This document shows, piece by piece, positions 1 to 9,256 of a stretch of 64,000 nt of DNA. Each line of letters opens with the position of its first letter. The stretch's first letter is position 1. Both the position numbers and the translations under genes were made by a program. The notes beneath the pieces are model-generated. The model had not been told where the DNA came from. It saw only the letters and a program-made list of their open reading frames with translations, and made no database searches. The DNA is from an uncultured bacterium (GTDB taxonomy: Bacteria > Planctomycetota > UBA1135 > GCA-002686595): positions 96,001-160,000 of the forward strand of contig CALSNU010000004.1 of assembly GCA_943787795.1 (NCBI GenBank). Direction: 5' to 3'.

Positions 1-1
1 G

Positions 2-745
2 GCACCGCTCGCGCGTCTTCGGCTGCAGCAGTCCAGGGTCGAGTGCTCGGCGTTGCTGACGAAGGCACGCGCAGCTGACGCCAGCTACGAGACCCTGATG
101 GCCGCCGCCCGCGCGCTCGTCCTCAACGCGGACCTGCGCCTCCAGTCGACCCTCGCCCTCAACTCGACCCCCGCCGCGCTCCCGCCCCCTGAGGTCTTGA
201 TTGACCTGGAGGACGAGGTCTCCTCCGAGCTCAAGTCGCAGATTCGCTCCCTCGCCTCGAGCTCCGCGAAGTTCGCCCAGCGTGCGCTCCGGCTGCGCCC
301 CGAGGACCCGGCGGCAGAGCTCTTCAGCACCCTCGGGACCGGGCTGCGGCTCTGGTCGATGCCGACGCTGCAAGCACTCGCCAGCGGGGCCGCGACCACG
401 CTCCCTGGACAGATCAAGCGGCTCGCCGCGACCAGCCCCGACTTCGAGGGGGCCTCTCCGCTGCGACTGAAGGGGCGCTTCCAGTCCCGGGCGCCGTGGC
501 CGTTCAAGGACCTCGAGCAGGGCCGGGACACCCTCGCGGCCGCGGTCGACGTCGCCCCCATCCCGCTCAACCTGCTCTTCCTCGGCGACGCCCACTGGCT
601 CTGCGGTGAGAAGGAGGCGGCGCTGGAGCGCTGGCGCGAAGCCACGATCGCCGAGGCCGACGCGGAGACCGAGGTGGCATCCCCCTTCATCCGTGAGATC
701 GCTCGCCTGCGCATCGAGAGCGCCAAGCTGGAAGCCGAGCGCTAG
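2..745 (+). CDS. TPR-like helical hypothetical protein, 5'-truncated by window edge
   Basis: Frame is open from base 2 to TAG at 745. Ala/Leu-rich helices with a TPR-like end (LFLGDAHWLCGEKEAALERWREA). Confidence 0.6.
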   Translation, partial: APLARLRLQQSRVECSALLTKARAADASYETLMAAARALVLNADLRLQSTLALNSTPAALPPPEVLIDLEDEVSSELKSQIRSLASSSAKFAQRALRLRPEDPAAELFSTLGTGLRLWSMPTLQALASGAATTLPGQIKRLAATSPDFEGASPLRLKGRFQSRAPWPFKDLEQGRDTLAAAVDVAPIPLNLLFLGDAHWLCGEKEAALERWREATIAEADAETEVASPFIREIARLRIESAKLEAER

Positions 746-752
746 GCCGAGG

Positions 753-1877
753 TCAGTCCACGCGCAGGGCCAGGGCGTTGCTGGCATCGACCCCGACAGC
801 GGACGGGGCCCACGAGCAGCGGAGCTCCTCGAGGCGGCGCTGGGCCGCGGGAAGCACCTCGACCAGGCGTTCCAATGGCGCGAGGCCGATGCGCTGTCCT
901 CGCGCCCTGCGCTCGAGGACCTCGGTGCGTGCGGAGACGAGCACGAGAGCGTCCGCGGCGGCCAGTGCGGCGCTGGCCTCGTCCAGGTGAACGTCCGCAA
1001 TCTGGGCCACCCCCTCTCTCCGCGACCAGGCGGAGCCGGCGTCGCTGACCTGGTCACCGCTCGAGACCCGCACAGCCGGGAGACCAGGGGCTGCGAATGA
1101 CGCCGCCAGATCCGCCGCGACGCTGCTGCTGCCAGCGAGCGGGAGGCCGGTCACCACGATCCGCTGCGCCGCTCCCAGTCGCGCGCGGCACCTGACGATG
1201 GCCTCAGCCCGCGCCATGCAGGCGGGCACCAGCTGCTCCATCCCGGCGAGCACCGCCTCGGCCTCCACGCCGTCATCGCTTCCGCCGCCGTAGCCCCTTG
1301 GAATGTGCACGTGGGGCAGGCCATTCGCCCAGGCCGCGTCGCGGTCGCCTGCGCGGTCCCCGACCATCAAGGCGCGGCGGGTGCCGAAGGTGTGCAGCAG
1401 GTCCTCGATCATGTCGGCCTTGTCCCGGACACCGGGCGAGGCGAGGCAGCGCCCCTCCTCGATCCACTCATCGAGGCCCGCCCGACCGAGCATGAGCTCG
1501 AGGTACTCCGGCGCGCAGTTCGAGGCGATCCCGAGGCGCACCCCCTGTCCAGCGAGCTCCGCGAGGGTCTCCTTCACCCCGGCGAGGAGCGTCGCTCCGT
1601 GCCGCTCCAGCTGCGTATGACCCGCCTCGGAACAGGCCACGAGGAGGGCCGCGCGGGCGTCACCGTCGAGGTCGCTGAACGTCGACTCGAAGGCCTGCTC
1701 CAGGGGCATGCCGACCATGGCCATCCACTCCGCCACGCCCGGGACAGCCCGGGTGATCCCTCGCCTTCGAAAGACCTCCAGCGTCGCAGCCCGGGCGACG
1801 TCGGGCCAGAAGCGGTCCGTGGCCACGAGGGTGCCGTCGAGATCGAAGAGCACGGCATCGAAGGGAATTCTGTTCAC
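753..1877 (-). CDS. HAD-superfamily hydrolase fused to a degenerate P-loop kinase-like C-terminal domain
   Basis: HAD motif I FDLDGTL, motif II IASN, motif IV MVGDRAGD. C-terminal VVTGLPLAGSS resembles a P-loop. Start moved to GTG at 1877 because the longer ORF overlaps the divergent gene. Confidence 0.8.
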   Translation of the reverse strand: MNRIPFDAVLFDLDGTLVATDRFWPDVARAATLEVFRRRGITRAVPGVAEWMAMVGMPLEQAFESTFSDLDGDARAALLVACSEAGHTQLERHGATLLAGVKETLAELAGQGVRLGIASNCAPEYLELMLGRAGLDEWIEEGRCLASPGVRDKADMIEDLLHTFGTRRALMVGDRAGDRDAAWANGLPHVHIPRGYGGGSDDGVEAEAVLAGMEQLVPACMARAEAIVRCRARLGAAQRIVVTGLPLAGSSSVAADLAASFAAPGLPAVRVSSGDQVSDAGSAWSRREGVAQIADVHLDEASAALAAADALVLVSARTEVLERRARGQRIGLAPLERLVEVLPAAQRRLEELRCSWAPSAVGVDASNALALRVD

Positions 1878-1920
1878 GGGGTCGCATGGTAGAGGCCCCG
1901 CTCGCCGGTACGATCCAGCC

Positions 1921-3348
1921 ATGGGCCTTTGTGTACCGACATCCGCCGTTCTCCTCTCGCTGCTCCCGGCCTCCTTCGCAGGAGGCCTCACGGGGTTGCC
2001 CGCGCGGAGCTCCACAACGACCCCGCTCCCCGCTGCTGGCAGCTCCACAGGGGAGGCCGCCGCTCCCTTGGCCTTGGGGGTCATCCAGGGCGACCGGCCC
2101 GCGGCAGAGCCGGCTGCGACGGCTAACCTCGAGGACTTGCTGACGGGCCTCTCCCGGTCGCCCCGGGTGGTGGGTACGCCGGCCCACGAGCGGGGGCTCG
2201 ACCTGGTCGAGGCGGCGCTCCGCGGCGCGGGCCTTCGACCGGAACGTCTGGAGGTCGAGGTCGCCCGCGCGATCCCGACACGCTCGGAGGTGCTGCTCTT
2301 CGAGGACGCCATCGCATCGGTGGCCTTCGCAGGACTCAAGGAACGCTGGGATCCCAAGGCGTCGCCCTCCGGGCCACTCCCCGCCGCCTACGCCTGGAAT
2401 GACCCGACGGCCAGATCACGGGGACCCGTCGTCGAGCTCGGAGGTGGGCTGGAGGCCGACTTCATCGAAGCTGAACGCCTGCGAATCTCCCTGGAGGGTG
2501 CGATCGCGCTCGTGACCGTCCCAGCCACACCCTGGGATCGCAGGACGTCGCTGCGGGCGATCGCGTCGCGAGCCGCCGACCGCGGCTGCGCCGGCGTCCT
2601 CGTCGCGCCGCTCCGACCGGGCGCCACCCGCGATGACTTCGTCCTCGCGGACATCCAGCCCGCGAGAGGCAACCCCGACGACCTCCGGCTCCCCCTCCCC
2701 TGCGCCCCCATCCGCAGCGCGGAGGCCGAGATGCTCCGGTCGCGCTTGAAGGTCCGCCGTGTGCGAGGCGCCAACGGCAAGGCGACGACGATCCGAGTCG
2801 GCCCGGGACCGGTGGAGGTGGCCCTGACGATCGAGTGCCCCGTGACCCAGGTGAGCGCGGGCGCTCTCCGGCTCGACGTCCCCTCGAGAGAGGGCGGGAC
2901 CCTCCACGTGGTCGCCTCGGACCACCGCACGGACCTGGCGCTCGGCGGGGCCCCGGCCCTGGCCGTCGCCGTCGGGGCAGCGGCCGCCCTCGGCGCGCCC
3001 GGGGACGGAGACACCGCCACCCTCTGGTTCGGCCCTCGCGGCGCCGCGCGCCCCGCCGGCCTCGGCGCGCCGGGCCTCCAACTGGACGCCGTGCTGGCGC
3101 CGCGCCCCGGTACGACGGTGATGCTCCGCCTCGGCCCCCTGGGCCCCTCGCGGCTCACTCCACTGCTGGACGAGTCCGGCCGGCAGCTCGCATCCCGGCT
3201 CGCGGGGCAGCTCGAGAAGCGCTTGGCCGCCGCCGTGAGCTGGACCAGCTACAGCATCACCGGGGCGAACCTCCCGCGGAAGCCGTCCGGCGCCCAAGCC
3301 GCCCGCGGACTGGAGCGCCTCCTGGCGCCGCTGCCGAGCGAACGCTGA
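1921..3348 (+). CDS. Secreted PA-domain protein, M28 peptidase-like, apparently lacking Zn ligands
   Basis: ATG at 1921 followed by a signal-like segment. PRVVGTP is an M28 N-terminal motif. PA-domain pattern GPVVELGGG..ADF..ISLEGAIALV..AADRGCAGVLV. No HxD/DD/EE ligand set seen. Confidence 0.55.
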   Translation: MGLCVPTSAVLLSLLPASFAGGLTGLPARSSTTTPLPAAGSSTGEAAAPLALGVIQGDRPAAEPAATANLEDLLTGLSRSPRVVGTPAHERGLDLVEAALRGAGLRPERLEVEVARAIPTRSEVLLFEDAIASVAFAGLKERWDPKASPSGPLPAAYAWNDPTARSRGPVVELGGGLEADFIEAERLRISLEGAIALVTVPATPWDRRTSLRAIASRAADRGCAGVLVAPLRPGATRDDFVLADIQPARGNPDDLRLPLPCAPIRSAEAEMLRSRLKVRRVRGANGKATTIRVGPGPVEVALTIECPVTQVSAGALRLDVPSREGGTLHVVASDHRTDLALGGAPALAVAVGAAAALGAPGDGDTATLWFGPRGAARPAGLGAPGLQLDAVLAPRPGTTVMLRLGPLGPSRLTPLLDESGRQLASRLAGQLEKRLAAAVSWTSYSITGANLPRKPSGAQAARGLERLLAPLPSER

Positions 3349-3352
3349 GCCG

Positions 3353-5128
3353 TTGGTCATCCTGGCGCGCTTCTTCCGCCGCTTCTTGCGGTACCGCGGC
3401 CCTCTGCTCATGGGGCTGGTGTGCATCCCGCTCGCGCAGCTGGCGGATGTGTCCATCACGTTGCTCGTCGGTGACGCCCTCGATCGAGCCAAGGACGCCT
3501 CGGACGCGGAGTGGATGGTCCACGTGCTCATGTGGATGGCGGTCTACGCCATCGGGCACAGCGTCCTGCGCTTCTACCAGCGCTGGTTGATCGTCGTGGT
3601 GTCTCGCAGGGTCGAGGTCGACCTGAAGCGCGAGCTCCTCGACAAGCTCACCTCGCTCCCCTTCGCGTTCCACGATCGCAGCCGATCCGGGGACGTGGTC
3701 TCGCGGTTGACCAGCGACGTCGAGGCCGTCCGCATGACCCTGGGCCCTGGGCTCATGTACACCCTGGGCGCGGTGGTCATCGTCCCCATCAGCCTGGCGA
3801 TCCTCTTCACCATCAAGCCGGCCCTCGCCCTCGCCATGGTGGTCCCCCTGGTCGGCATGGGGGTCACCATGAAGCTGCTCACAGGCCGGCTGCACTCGTT
3901 CTCGGTGGCGGTCCAGGAGTCCATCGCGGGCATCAGCCACCGGGCTCAGGAGAACTTCGGCGGCATCCGGATCGTCAAGGGCTACGCCCGCGAGGATCAG
4001 CAGGCCCGGCTCTTCGAGGCCACGAGCGCCGAGAACCGAGACAACCAGGTCGAGCTGGGCAAGGCGCGGGGCCTCACGCACGCGGCCGTCAACGCCTCCT
4101 TTGATCTCACCTTCGCCGTCATCCTCCTGGTCGGCGGACTGGCTGCGGTGGACCGCACCCTGCCGATCGGTGACCTCTTCAAGTTCATCGACCTGACCAT
4201 GAAGGTCTTCTGGCCGCTCATCGCCATCGGCTGGGTCCTGGGCATGCTCCCCCGGGCGATCGCGAGCGCCGAGCGCGTGCAGGAACTGCTCGACGAGGAG
4301 AACCCCATCGAGGACGGCGACGCGCCGGTCTCCATCGCAGACATCCGCGGCGGCCTGGAATTCGACGGCGTCTCGTTCTCCTACGAGCGCGGTCCAGAAC
4401 CCGCGCTGAAGGAGATCCGGTTCGCCGCCGCCGCGGGCTCCACCGTCGGCGTCGTGGGTCCGACCGGAGCGGGGAAGTCGACCCTGCTCAACCTCGTGGG
4501 CCGGCTCTTCGAGGCGACCGAGGGCGAGGTCCGCCTCGACGGCACGCCGATCCGAGACCTGCCGCTGGCGGTCCTGCGGGGCGCCATCGGCTACGTCCCC
4601 CAGGACTCCTTCCTGTTCAGCGAGCCCTACGCCGACAACATCCGCTTCGGCGCCGACGAGCCGCTGGACGACGCGGCCGTCGAGGCGCTGATCGAGCGGG
4701 TCTCCATGAAGGACGAGGTCGCCGAGTTCCCCGAGGGGATGGCCACGCTCGTGGGCGAGCGGGGCGTCACGCTCTCCGGCGGTCAGCGCCAGCGGACCTG
4801 CATCGCACGCGCCCTCGCGCGAGACCCGAGGATCCTCATCCTCGACGACTGCCTCTCGGCCGTGGACACGGAGACCGAAAAGGCGCTGCTCGGGAGCCTG
4901 CGGAGCGCCGGCGCCGGGCGCACCGTCCTGGTCGCCGCGCATCGCCTGAGCTCCGTCCGCGACGCCGACCAGATCCTGGTACTTGATGCCGAGGGAGCGA
5001 TGGAGGCGGCGGGCACCCACGCTGAGCTGCTCCAACGGGAGGGCTGGTACCGAACGACCTGGGAGCAGCAACAGCGCACCGAGTCCCTCTCGGCCGAGGT
5101 GGAGAGTGAGATCGGGAGGACCGGATGA
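3353..5128 (+). CDS. ABC exporter, fused TMD-NBD subunit (MdlA-like)
   Basis: Six-TM N-terminal half, Walker A GPTGAGKS, signature LSGGQ, Walker B ILDDC (non-canonical Asp), H-loop AHR. Confidence 0.95.
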   Translation: MVILARFFRRFLRYRGPLLMGLVCIPLAQLADVSITLLVGDALDRAKDASDAEWMVHVLMWMAVYAIGHSVLRFYQRWLIVVVSRRVEVDLKRELLDKLTSLPFAFHDRSRSGDVVSRLTSDVEAVRMTLGPGLMYTLGAVVIVPISLAILFTIKPALALAMVVPLVGMGVTMKLLTGRLHSFSVAVQESIAGISHRAQENFGGIRIVKGYAREDQQARLFEATSAENRDNQVELGKARGLTHAAVNASFDLTFAVILLVGGLAAVDRTLPIGDLFKFIDLTMKVFWPLIAIGWVLGMLPRAIASAERVQELLDEENPIEDGDAPVSIADIRGGLEFDGVSFSYERGPEPALKEIRFAAAAGSTVGVVGPTGAGKSTLLNLVGRLFEATEGEVRLDGTPIRDLPLAVLRGAIGYVPQDSFLFSEPYADNIRFGADEPLDDAAVEALIERVSMKDEVAEFPEGMATLVGERGVTLSGGQRQRTCIARALARDPRILILDDCLSAVDTETEKALLGSLRSAGAGRTVLVAAHRLSSVRDADQILVLDAEGAMEAAGTHAELLQREGWYRTTWEQQQRTESLSAEVESEIGRTG

Positions 5129-6942
5129 GCGTCAGCGAAGTCGACCCCTCCGAGCTCGTCGTCACCAAGGCCTGGGACTCGTCGCTGTTCCGGCGCCTGC
5201 TGGAGTTCATCCGCCCCCACCGGCGGCTGTTCCTGGCGAGCTTCGCCGTGCTCATGTGCCTCTTCGCCGGCGAGCTCTTCGGGACATGGATCTGGCGCGG
5301 CGCCATCGACGGGCCGGTCACCGGGGCCGCCGGTGCCGAGGACCGCTCCCCCTATGTGCGGGAGCTCTTGGGCTGGGTCGGGCTGTACGTCGGCCTGGTC
5401 GTGTTCATGACCGGCATGCGTTACCTGGAGACCTCCGTGCTCACGCGGACGGGCCAGGCGGTGGTCCATGACCTGCGGGCGAGGGTCTTCCGTCACCTCC
5501 AGCACCTCGACCTCGGCTTCTTCGACCGTCGCCCCACGGGGGCGCTGGTGACGCGGGTCACCACGGACATCGAGAACCTCTCCGAGATGTTCACGTCCGG
5601 GGTGGTGGTGCTCTTCTTCGACGCGCTCAAGGTCACGGTGGTGCTCGGGATCCTGTTCTCGATCAACGCCCAGCTGGCGCTGATCACCCTGCTCACCACC
5701 CCCCTGCTCATCGGGGTCTCGCTGGGCTTTCGTGGCGGGGCCCGGCGCGCGCACCGCGAGGTCCGGGCGCGGCTGGCGCGGCTGAACGGATACCTCCAGG
5801 AGGTCCTGAACGGCATCCGCGTCGTCCAGGTCTTCCGCCGTGAGGAGCGGGTCGCTGGCCGCTTCAACGAGGCCCTCGACCGCTACTTCGAGGCCAACCA
5901 GCGGACCATCTTCCTCTTCGCGCTCTTCTATCCCGCCATGTCCCTGGCGGTCTACGTCATCCAGGGCGCCGCGCTATGGGCCGGGGTCGTCGCGATCACG
6001 GGCGAGGCGCTGTCCTACGGCGCCTTCATTCAGTTCTGGCTGCTGCTGAACATGCTCGTCCGCCCCATCCGGGAGCTGGGCGAGCGGTACAACGTCCTCC
6101 AGAGCGCCTTCGCCTCCGCCGAACGGATCTTCCAGGTCCTGGACACCGTCCCCTCCGTGGCGAGCTCCGCGGCGCCCGAGGCGCTGCCCGACTCGGGCGG
6201 GCTGCCCCCCGCCATCCGCTTCGACGGCGTGGAGTTCGAGTACGTCGAGGGCTCCCCCATCCTCAAGGACATCTCCTTCGAGGTCCCGCGGGGCAAGACC
6301 GTGGCCGTGGTCGGCGCGACGGGCGCCGGCAAGTCCACGCTCGTCAACCTCCTGTTGCGCTTCTACGACCCCCAGGCCGGACGAGTGACCCTGGATGACG
6401 TCAACATCCAGGCGCTCCCCCTGGAGACCCTGCGGAGCCGCTTCGGACTCGTCCTCCAGGAGGACTTCCTCTTCGCGGGCACCGTTCGGGACAACCTGAT
6501 CATGGAACGAGAGGGGGTCACCGAGGCCTCCCTCGCCGAGGCGCTCGAGGCGTCCCAGGCCAGGGCCCTCGTCCAGCGGCTCGACGGTGGATTGGACGCG
6601 GAGGTCGCCGAGCGCGGCGCGACCTTCTCCACCGGGGAGCGCCAGCTGCTGGCCATCACCCGCGCCCTGGCCGCGCGGCCGGACATCGTCGTTCTGGACG
6701 AGGCCACCGCGGCGGTGGACAGCGGGACCGAACACCGGATCGAGCGTGCGACCCGCGCCCTGCTGGCGGGCCGCAGCGCCCTGGTCATCGCCCACCGCCT
6801 CTCGACCATCCGGGACGCCGACGAGATCCTCGTCATGGCGCGCGGCGAGATCCGTGAGCGCGGAACCCACGAGGAGCTGCTGGCACGCGGTGGACTCTAC
6901 GCCAAGCTCCACGCGCTGCAGTTCGAGGAGCCTGCGGCCTGA
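5125..6942 (+). CDS. ABC exporter, fused TMD-NBD subunit (MdlB-like), heterodimer partner
   Basis: ATGA overlap with the upstream gene. Walker A GATGAGKS, degenerate signature FSTGE, Walker B VLDEA. The complementary degeneracy is typical of heterodimeric exporters. Confidence 0.95.
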   Translation: MSVSEVDPSELVVTKAWDSSLFRRLLEFIRPHRRLFLASFAVLMCLFAGELFGTWIWRGAIDGPVTGAAGAEDRSPYVRELLGWVGLYVGLVVFMTGMRYLETSVLTRTGQAVVHDLRARVFRHLQHLDLGFFDRRPTGALVTRVTTDIENLSEMFTSGVVVLFFDALKVTVVLGILFSINAQLALITLLTTPLLIGVSLGFRGGARRAHREVRARLARLNGYLQEVLNGIRVVQVFRREERVAGRFNEALDRYFEANQRTIFLFALFYPAMSLAVYVIQGAALWAGVVAITGEALSYGAFIQFWLLLNMLVRPIRELGERYNVLQSAFASAERIFQVLDTVPSVASSAAPEALPDSGGLPPAIRFDGVEFEYVEGSPILKDISFEVPRGKTVAVVGATGAGKSTLVNLLLRFYDPQAGRVTLDDVNIQALPLETLRSRFGLVLQEDFLFAGTVRDNLIMEREGVTEASLAEALEASQARALVQRLDGGLDAEVAERGATFSTGERQLLAITRALAARPDIVVLDEATAAVDSGTEHRIERATRALLAGRSALVIAHRLSTIRDADEILVMARGEIRERGTHEELLARGGLYAKLHALQFEEPAA

Positions 6943-7098
6943 GCCCCGCAGCGGGAGCCGCTTTCGCTGAAGGCAAAGCGCTGGAGGCACGGCCGCGGCG
7001 CGCTCACGGTCTGAAGAGGCAGACGTTCCGGAGTCGAGCGCCAGTGCGGACCGGATGCAGGAGCCAATTCAAGACCCACGCCAATGGAACAGCCCCCC

Positions 7099-7139
7099 AA
7101 AGCAAGAGGCCCCGGGAGTCATGGGACTCCCAGGGCCTC
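7099..7139 (-). terminator. Intrinsic terminator-like hairpin downstream of glutathione peroxidase
   Basis: Minus strand reads GAGGCCCTGGGAGTC-CCAT-GACTCCCGGGGCCTC then TTGCTTT. The 15-bp stem is fully paired (one U-G wobble) only on the minus strand. Confidence 0.65.
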
Positions 7140-7191
7140 CGTACGCTGAGCGGTCACTCGCCGGGGCGAGCGCAGCCCTGCATTGCGGGGA

Positions 7192-7872
7192 CTACTGGCC
7201 GCGGAACTCCACGATCGCGTCGCGCAGCGCCGAGCCCTCCGGGCCCTCGCTGGACTTGAAGAAGCGCGCCTCGGTCCCGTCCTTGGAGACCACGTACTTG
7301 CAGAAGTTCCAGTTGGGCCGCTCGCCCGTCATGCCGGCGAGGCCGTCGAAGATCGGGCTGTCGCCCTCCTTGGTGCCCACCTTGGCGAGCATGGGGAAGG
7401 TCACGCCGTAGTTCTCCTCGCAGAAGGCTTGGATCTCCTCGGCGGAGCCGGGCTCCTGCCTCCCGAAGTCGTTGCTCGGGATCCCGACGACGGTGAAGTC
7501 TTCGCCCCCAAGCTCCTCTTGCAGCTTCTGAAGGCCGGCGTACTGGGGGGTGTACCCGCACTTGCTCGCCACGTTGACAAAGACCGTCACCTTGCCCTGG
7601 AGCATGGAGAGGGGCATCGCGCCGCCGTCGAGCGCCGTGGCGTCCAGCGCATAGAGCCCGCTTCCCGCGGCCTCCGGAGCAGGAGCGGTCGCTGCCGGAG
7701 CGGGCGCTGCAGCCGAGGCCGTCGCCGCCGGGGCAGTCGCGGCCGGGGCCGTCGCGGCCGGGGCGGTCGCCGCCGCAGCTTCCTGCGTACCGCCGTGGGA
7801 GGCGTCTGTGGTGCTTCCGCAGGCCACAAGGGCGGTCAGGAGAGAGAGGCTGAGAAGTCGTTCGTTGCGCAT
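7192..7872 (-). CDS. Glutathione peroxidase family lipoprotein (Cys-type)
   Basis: VNVASKCGYTPQY, PSNDFGRQEPG and WNFCKY motifs. Lipobox LVAC followed by an ATAPA repeat linker. Confidence 0.92.
   Translation of the reverse strand: MRNERLLSLSLLTALVACGSTTDASHGGTQEAAAATAPAATAPAATAPAATASAAAPAPAATAPAPEAAGSGLYALDATALDGGAMPLSMLQGKVTVFVNVASKCGYTPQYAGLQKLQEELGGEDFTVVGIPSNDFGRQEPGSAEEIQAFCEENYGVTFPMLAKVGTKEGDSPIFDGLAGMTGERPNWNFCKYVVSKDGTEARFFKSSEGPEGSALRDAIVEFRGQ
7700..7778. repeat. In-frame 15-bp tandem repeat encoding (ATAPA)n linker
   Basis: GTCGCGGCCGGGGC-like units repeated about 4-5 times. Confidence 0.75.
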
Positions 7873-7964
7873 GGTGAGGTCGTGTGCGGGGAATCAGGGC
7901 TGGACCATGCTGGTGTTCGGCACCCACCCGCGGCCGGATGCCACGCAGCCGGAAGTCTGCGCCC

Positions 7965-8012
7965 ACACCAACAACAGACGGCCGCGGCCCCTCAGGGGAC
8001 CGCGGCCGTCTG
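7965..8012 (-). terminator. Intrinsic terminator-like hairpin downstream of thioredoxin-family gene
   Basis: CAGACGGCCGCGG..CCGCGGCCGTCTG 13-bp perfect inverted repeat plus an inner CCCC/GGGG stem. Followed on the minus strand by TTGTTGGTGT. Confidence 0.65.
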
Positions 8013-8030
8013 ATCGAGGGGCCGAGGCGC

Positions 8031-9032
8031 TCAGCCGATCCACTCGTCGAGCATCGCGAGCTGCTCCTTGCTGTCGGAGCCGATGGCCTTGGCCTTCGTC
8101 GCGTACTTGACCTTCCCCTCGTCATCCGACAGGGGGCCCGCGCACCAGTTGGCCGCCTGGAAGTTGAGGCGGAAGGCGAGCTCAGTGTCCTTGAAGCCGA
8201 GCTCGTTCACCTGATCAAGGGCGACCAGCGCAGCCCTGGCCGAGACGTCGTCTCGGACCACGGAGAACTTGGCGTCCGCCACGTAGTCCATCATGCCAAG
8301 GTCGTTCTTCGGATCGAGCCCGGCGGCCATGGCGATGTCCGCCTCGGTGGCGAGGCCGCTCTTGAGCAGCGCCAGCACCGTGCGGCCCTTCGAGCCCTTC
8401 TTGTTGTCCGCGTCCGCCGTCAGGGCGAAGCGCACGGGAGCGTCGAGGCTCGGGAGGAAGGGCGCGCCCGAGGGGGCCTCCTCGTAGATCGTCACCGCAG
8501 CCAGCCAGAGCTTCCACCGACCCGCGTCATCGGAGGCCGCCTCGAAGTCCGAGGCGATGGTCTTGGCGGCCATGAGCTGCTCACGCCCCTTGCGGAGCTC
8601 CTGCATGTGCTCGAGGTACTTCTCGGGGCCGCCCGCCTGGTAGCCCGTCCGGCCGTAGACCTCGCCGTCGGCGGTCATCATCAGGATCGTCGGGAAGCCG
8701 CGCACGCCGTACTTGGCCTGCAGCTCCTCGTTGCGCTCGGGGTTCGGGACCTTCGCCTTGATCTCCTCGGCGCGCGGGAAGTCGAGGGCCACCAGGATGT
8801 AGTCCTTCTGTGCGCTCTCCATCCACGTGTCGTGCTGGAAGACCTCGTCGTGGAGCTTGATGCACCAACCGCACCAGTCCGAACCGGTGAAGTCGACGAG
8901 GAGATCCTTGCCCTGCTCCTTCGCAGCCGCGGCGGCGGCATCGAAGTCGTCGAACCAGGTCTGGTCCGCGTGCACGGGGGTCGAGAGGACAGCGAGGCTG
9001 CCCAGCGTGAGGGCGGCGAGGGTGTTGAACAT
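8031..9032 (-). CDS. Secreted thioredoxin-family protein with helical C-terminal extension
   Basis: Signal peptide from ATG 9032 (MFNTLAALTLG..VHA). DFTGSDWCGWC active site and GFPT cis-Pro motif. Confidence 0.9.
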   Translation of the reverse strand: MFNTLAALTLGSLAVLSTPVHADQTWFDDFDAAAAAAKEQGKDLLVDFTGSDWCGWCIKLHDEVFQHDTWMESAQKDYILVALDFPRAEEIKAKVPNPERNEELQAKYGVRGFPTILMMTADGEVYGRTGYQAGGPEKYLEHMQELRKGREQLMAAKTIASDFEAASDDAGRWKLWLAAVTIYEEAPSGAPFLPSLDAPVRFALTADADNKKGSKGRTVLALLKSGLATEADIAMAAGLDPKNDLGMMDYVADAKFSVVRDDVSARAALVALDQVNELGFKDTELAFRLNFQAANWCAGPLSDDEGKVKYATKAKAIGSDSKEQLAMLDEWIG

Positions 9033-9256
9033 GTCGGGGTGTGGTTCGAGAAGGGCCGATCCCTCGGGCGCAGGATGCCGAGGTGCGCGATCGGTGTAGG
9101 CGATGGAGGATGGGGCCCCCACAGGATTTTCTCCAGTGCCCCGCGGGCAGAATGCACAGTTCGAACGGGAGGGCCCGCTCGATCGAGCCCCCGTAGAGCC
9201 TCAGCCCCCGTGAACTGGAGCCCCATCAACTCGGGCCCAGGCGTCCCGCCGGCGGC

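Noticed and set aside
3257..5071. Long antisense and alternate-frame ORFs here and throughout (e.g. 7884-9653, 24839-26215, 30370-32058, 32362-34182)
   Set aside because: Expected in very GC-rich DNA with few stop codons. They are Arg/Pro/Gly-rich, carry no motifs and overlap well-supported genes.
6995..7060. CTGAAGAG resembling a hammerhead ribozyme core
   Set aside because: No downstream GAAA after a stem II, and no consistent three-stem junction could be built.
7540..7580. Possible selenocysteine in the glutathione peroxidase
   Set aside because: The active-site codon is TGC (Cys), not TGA.
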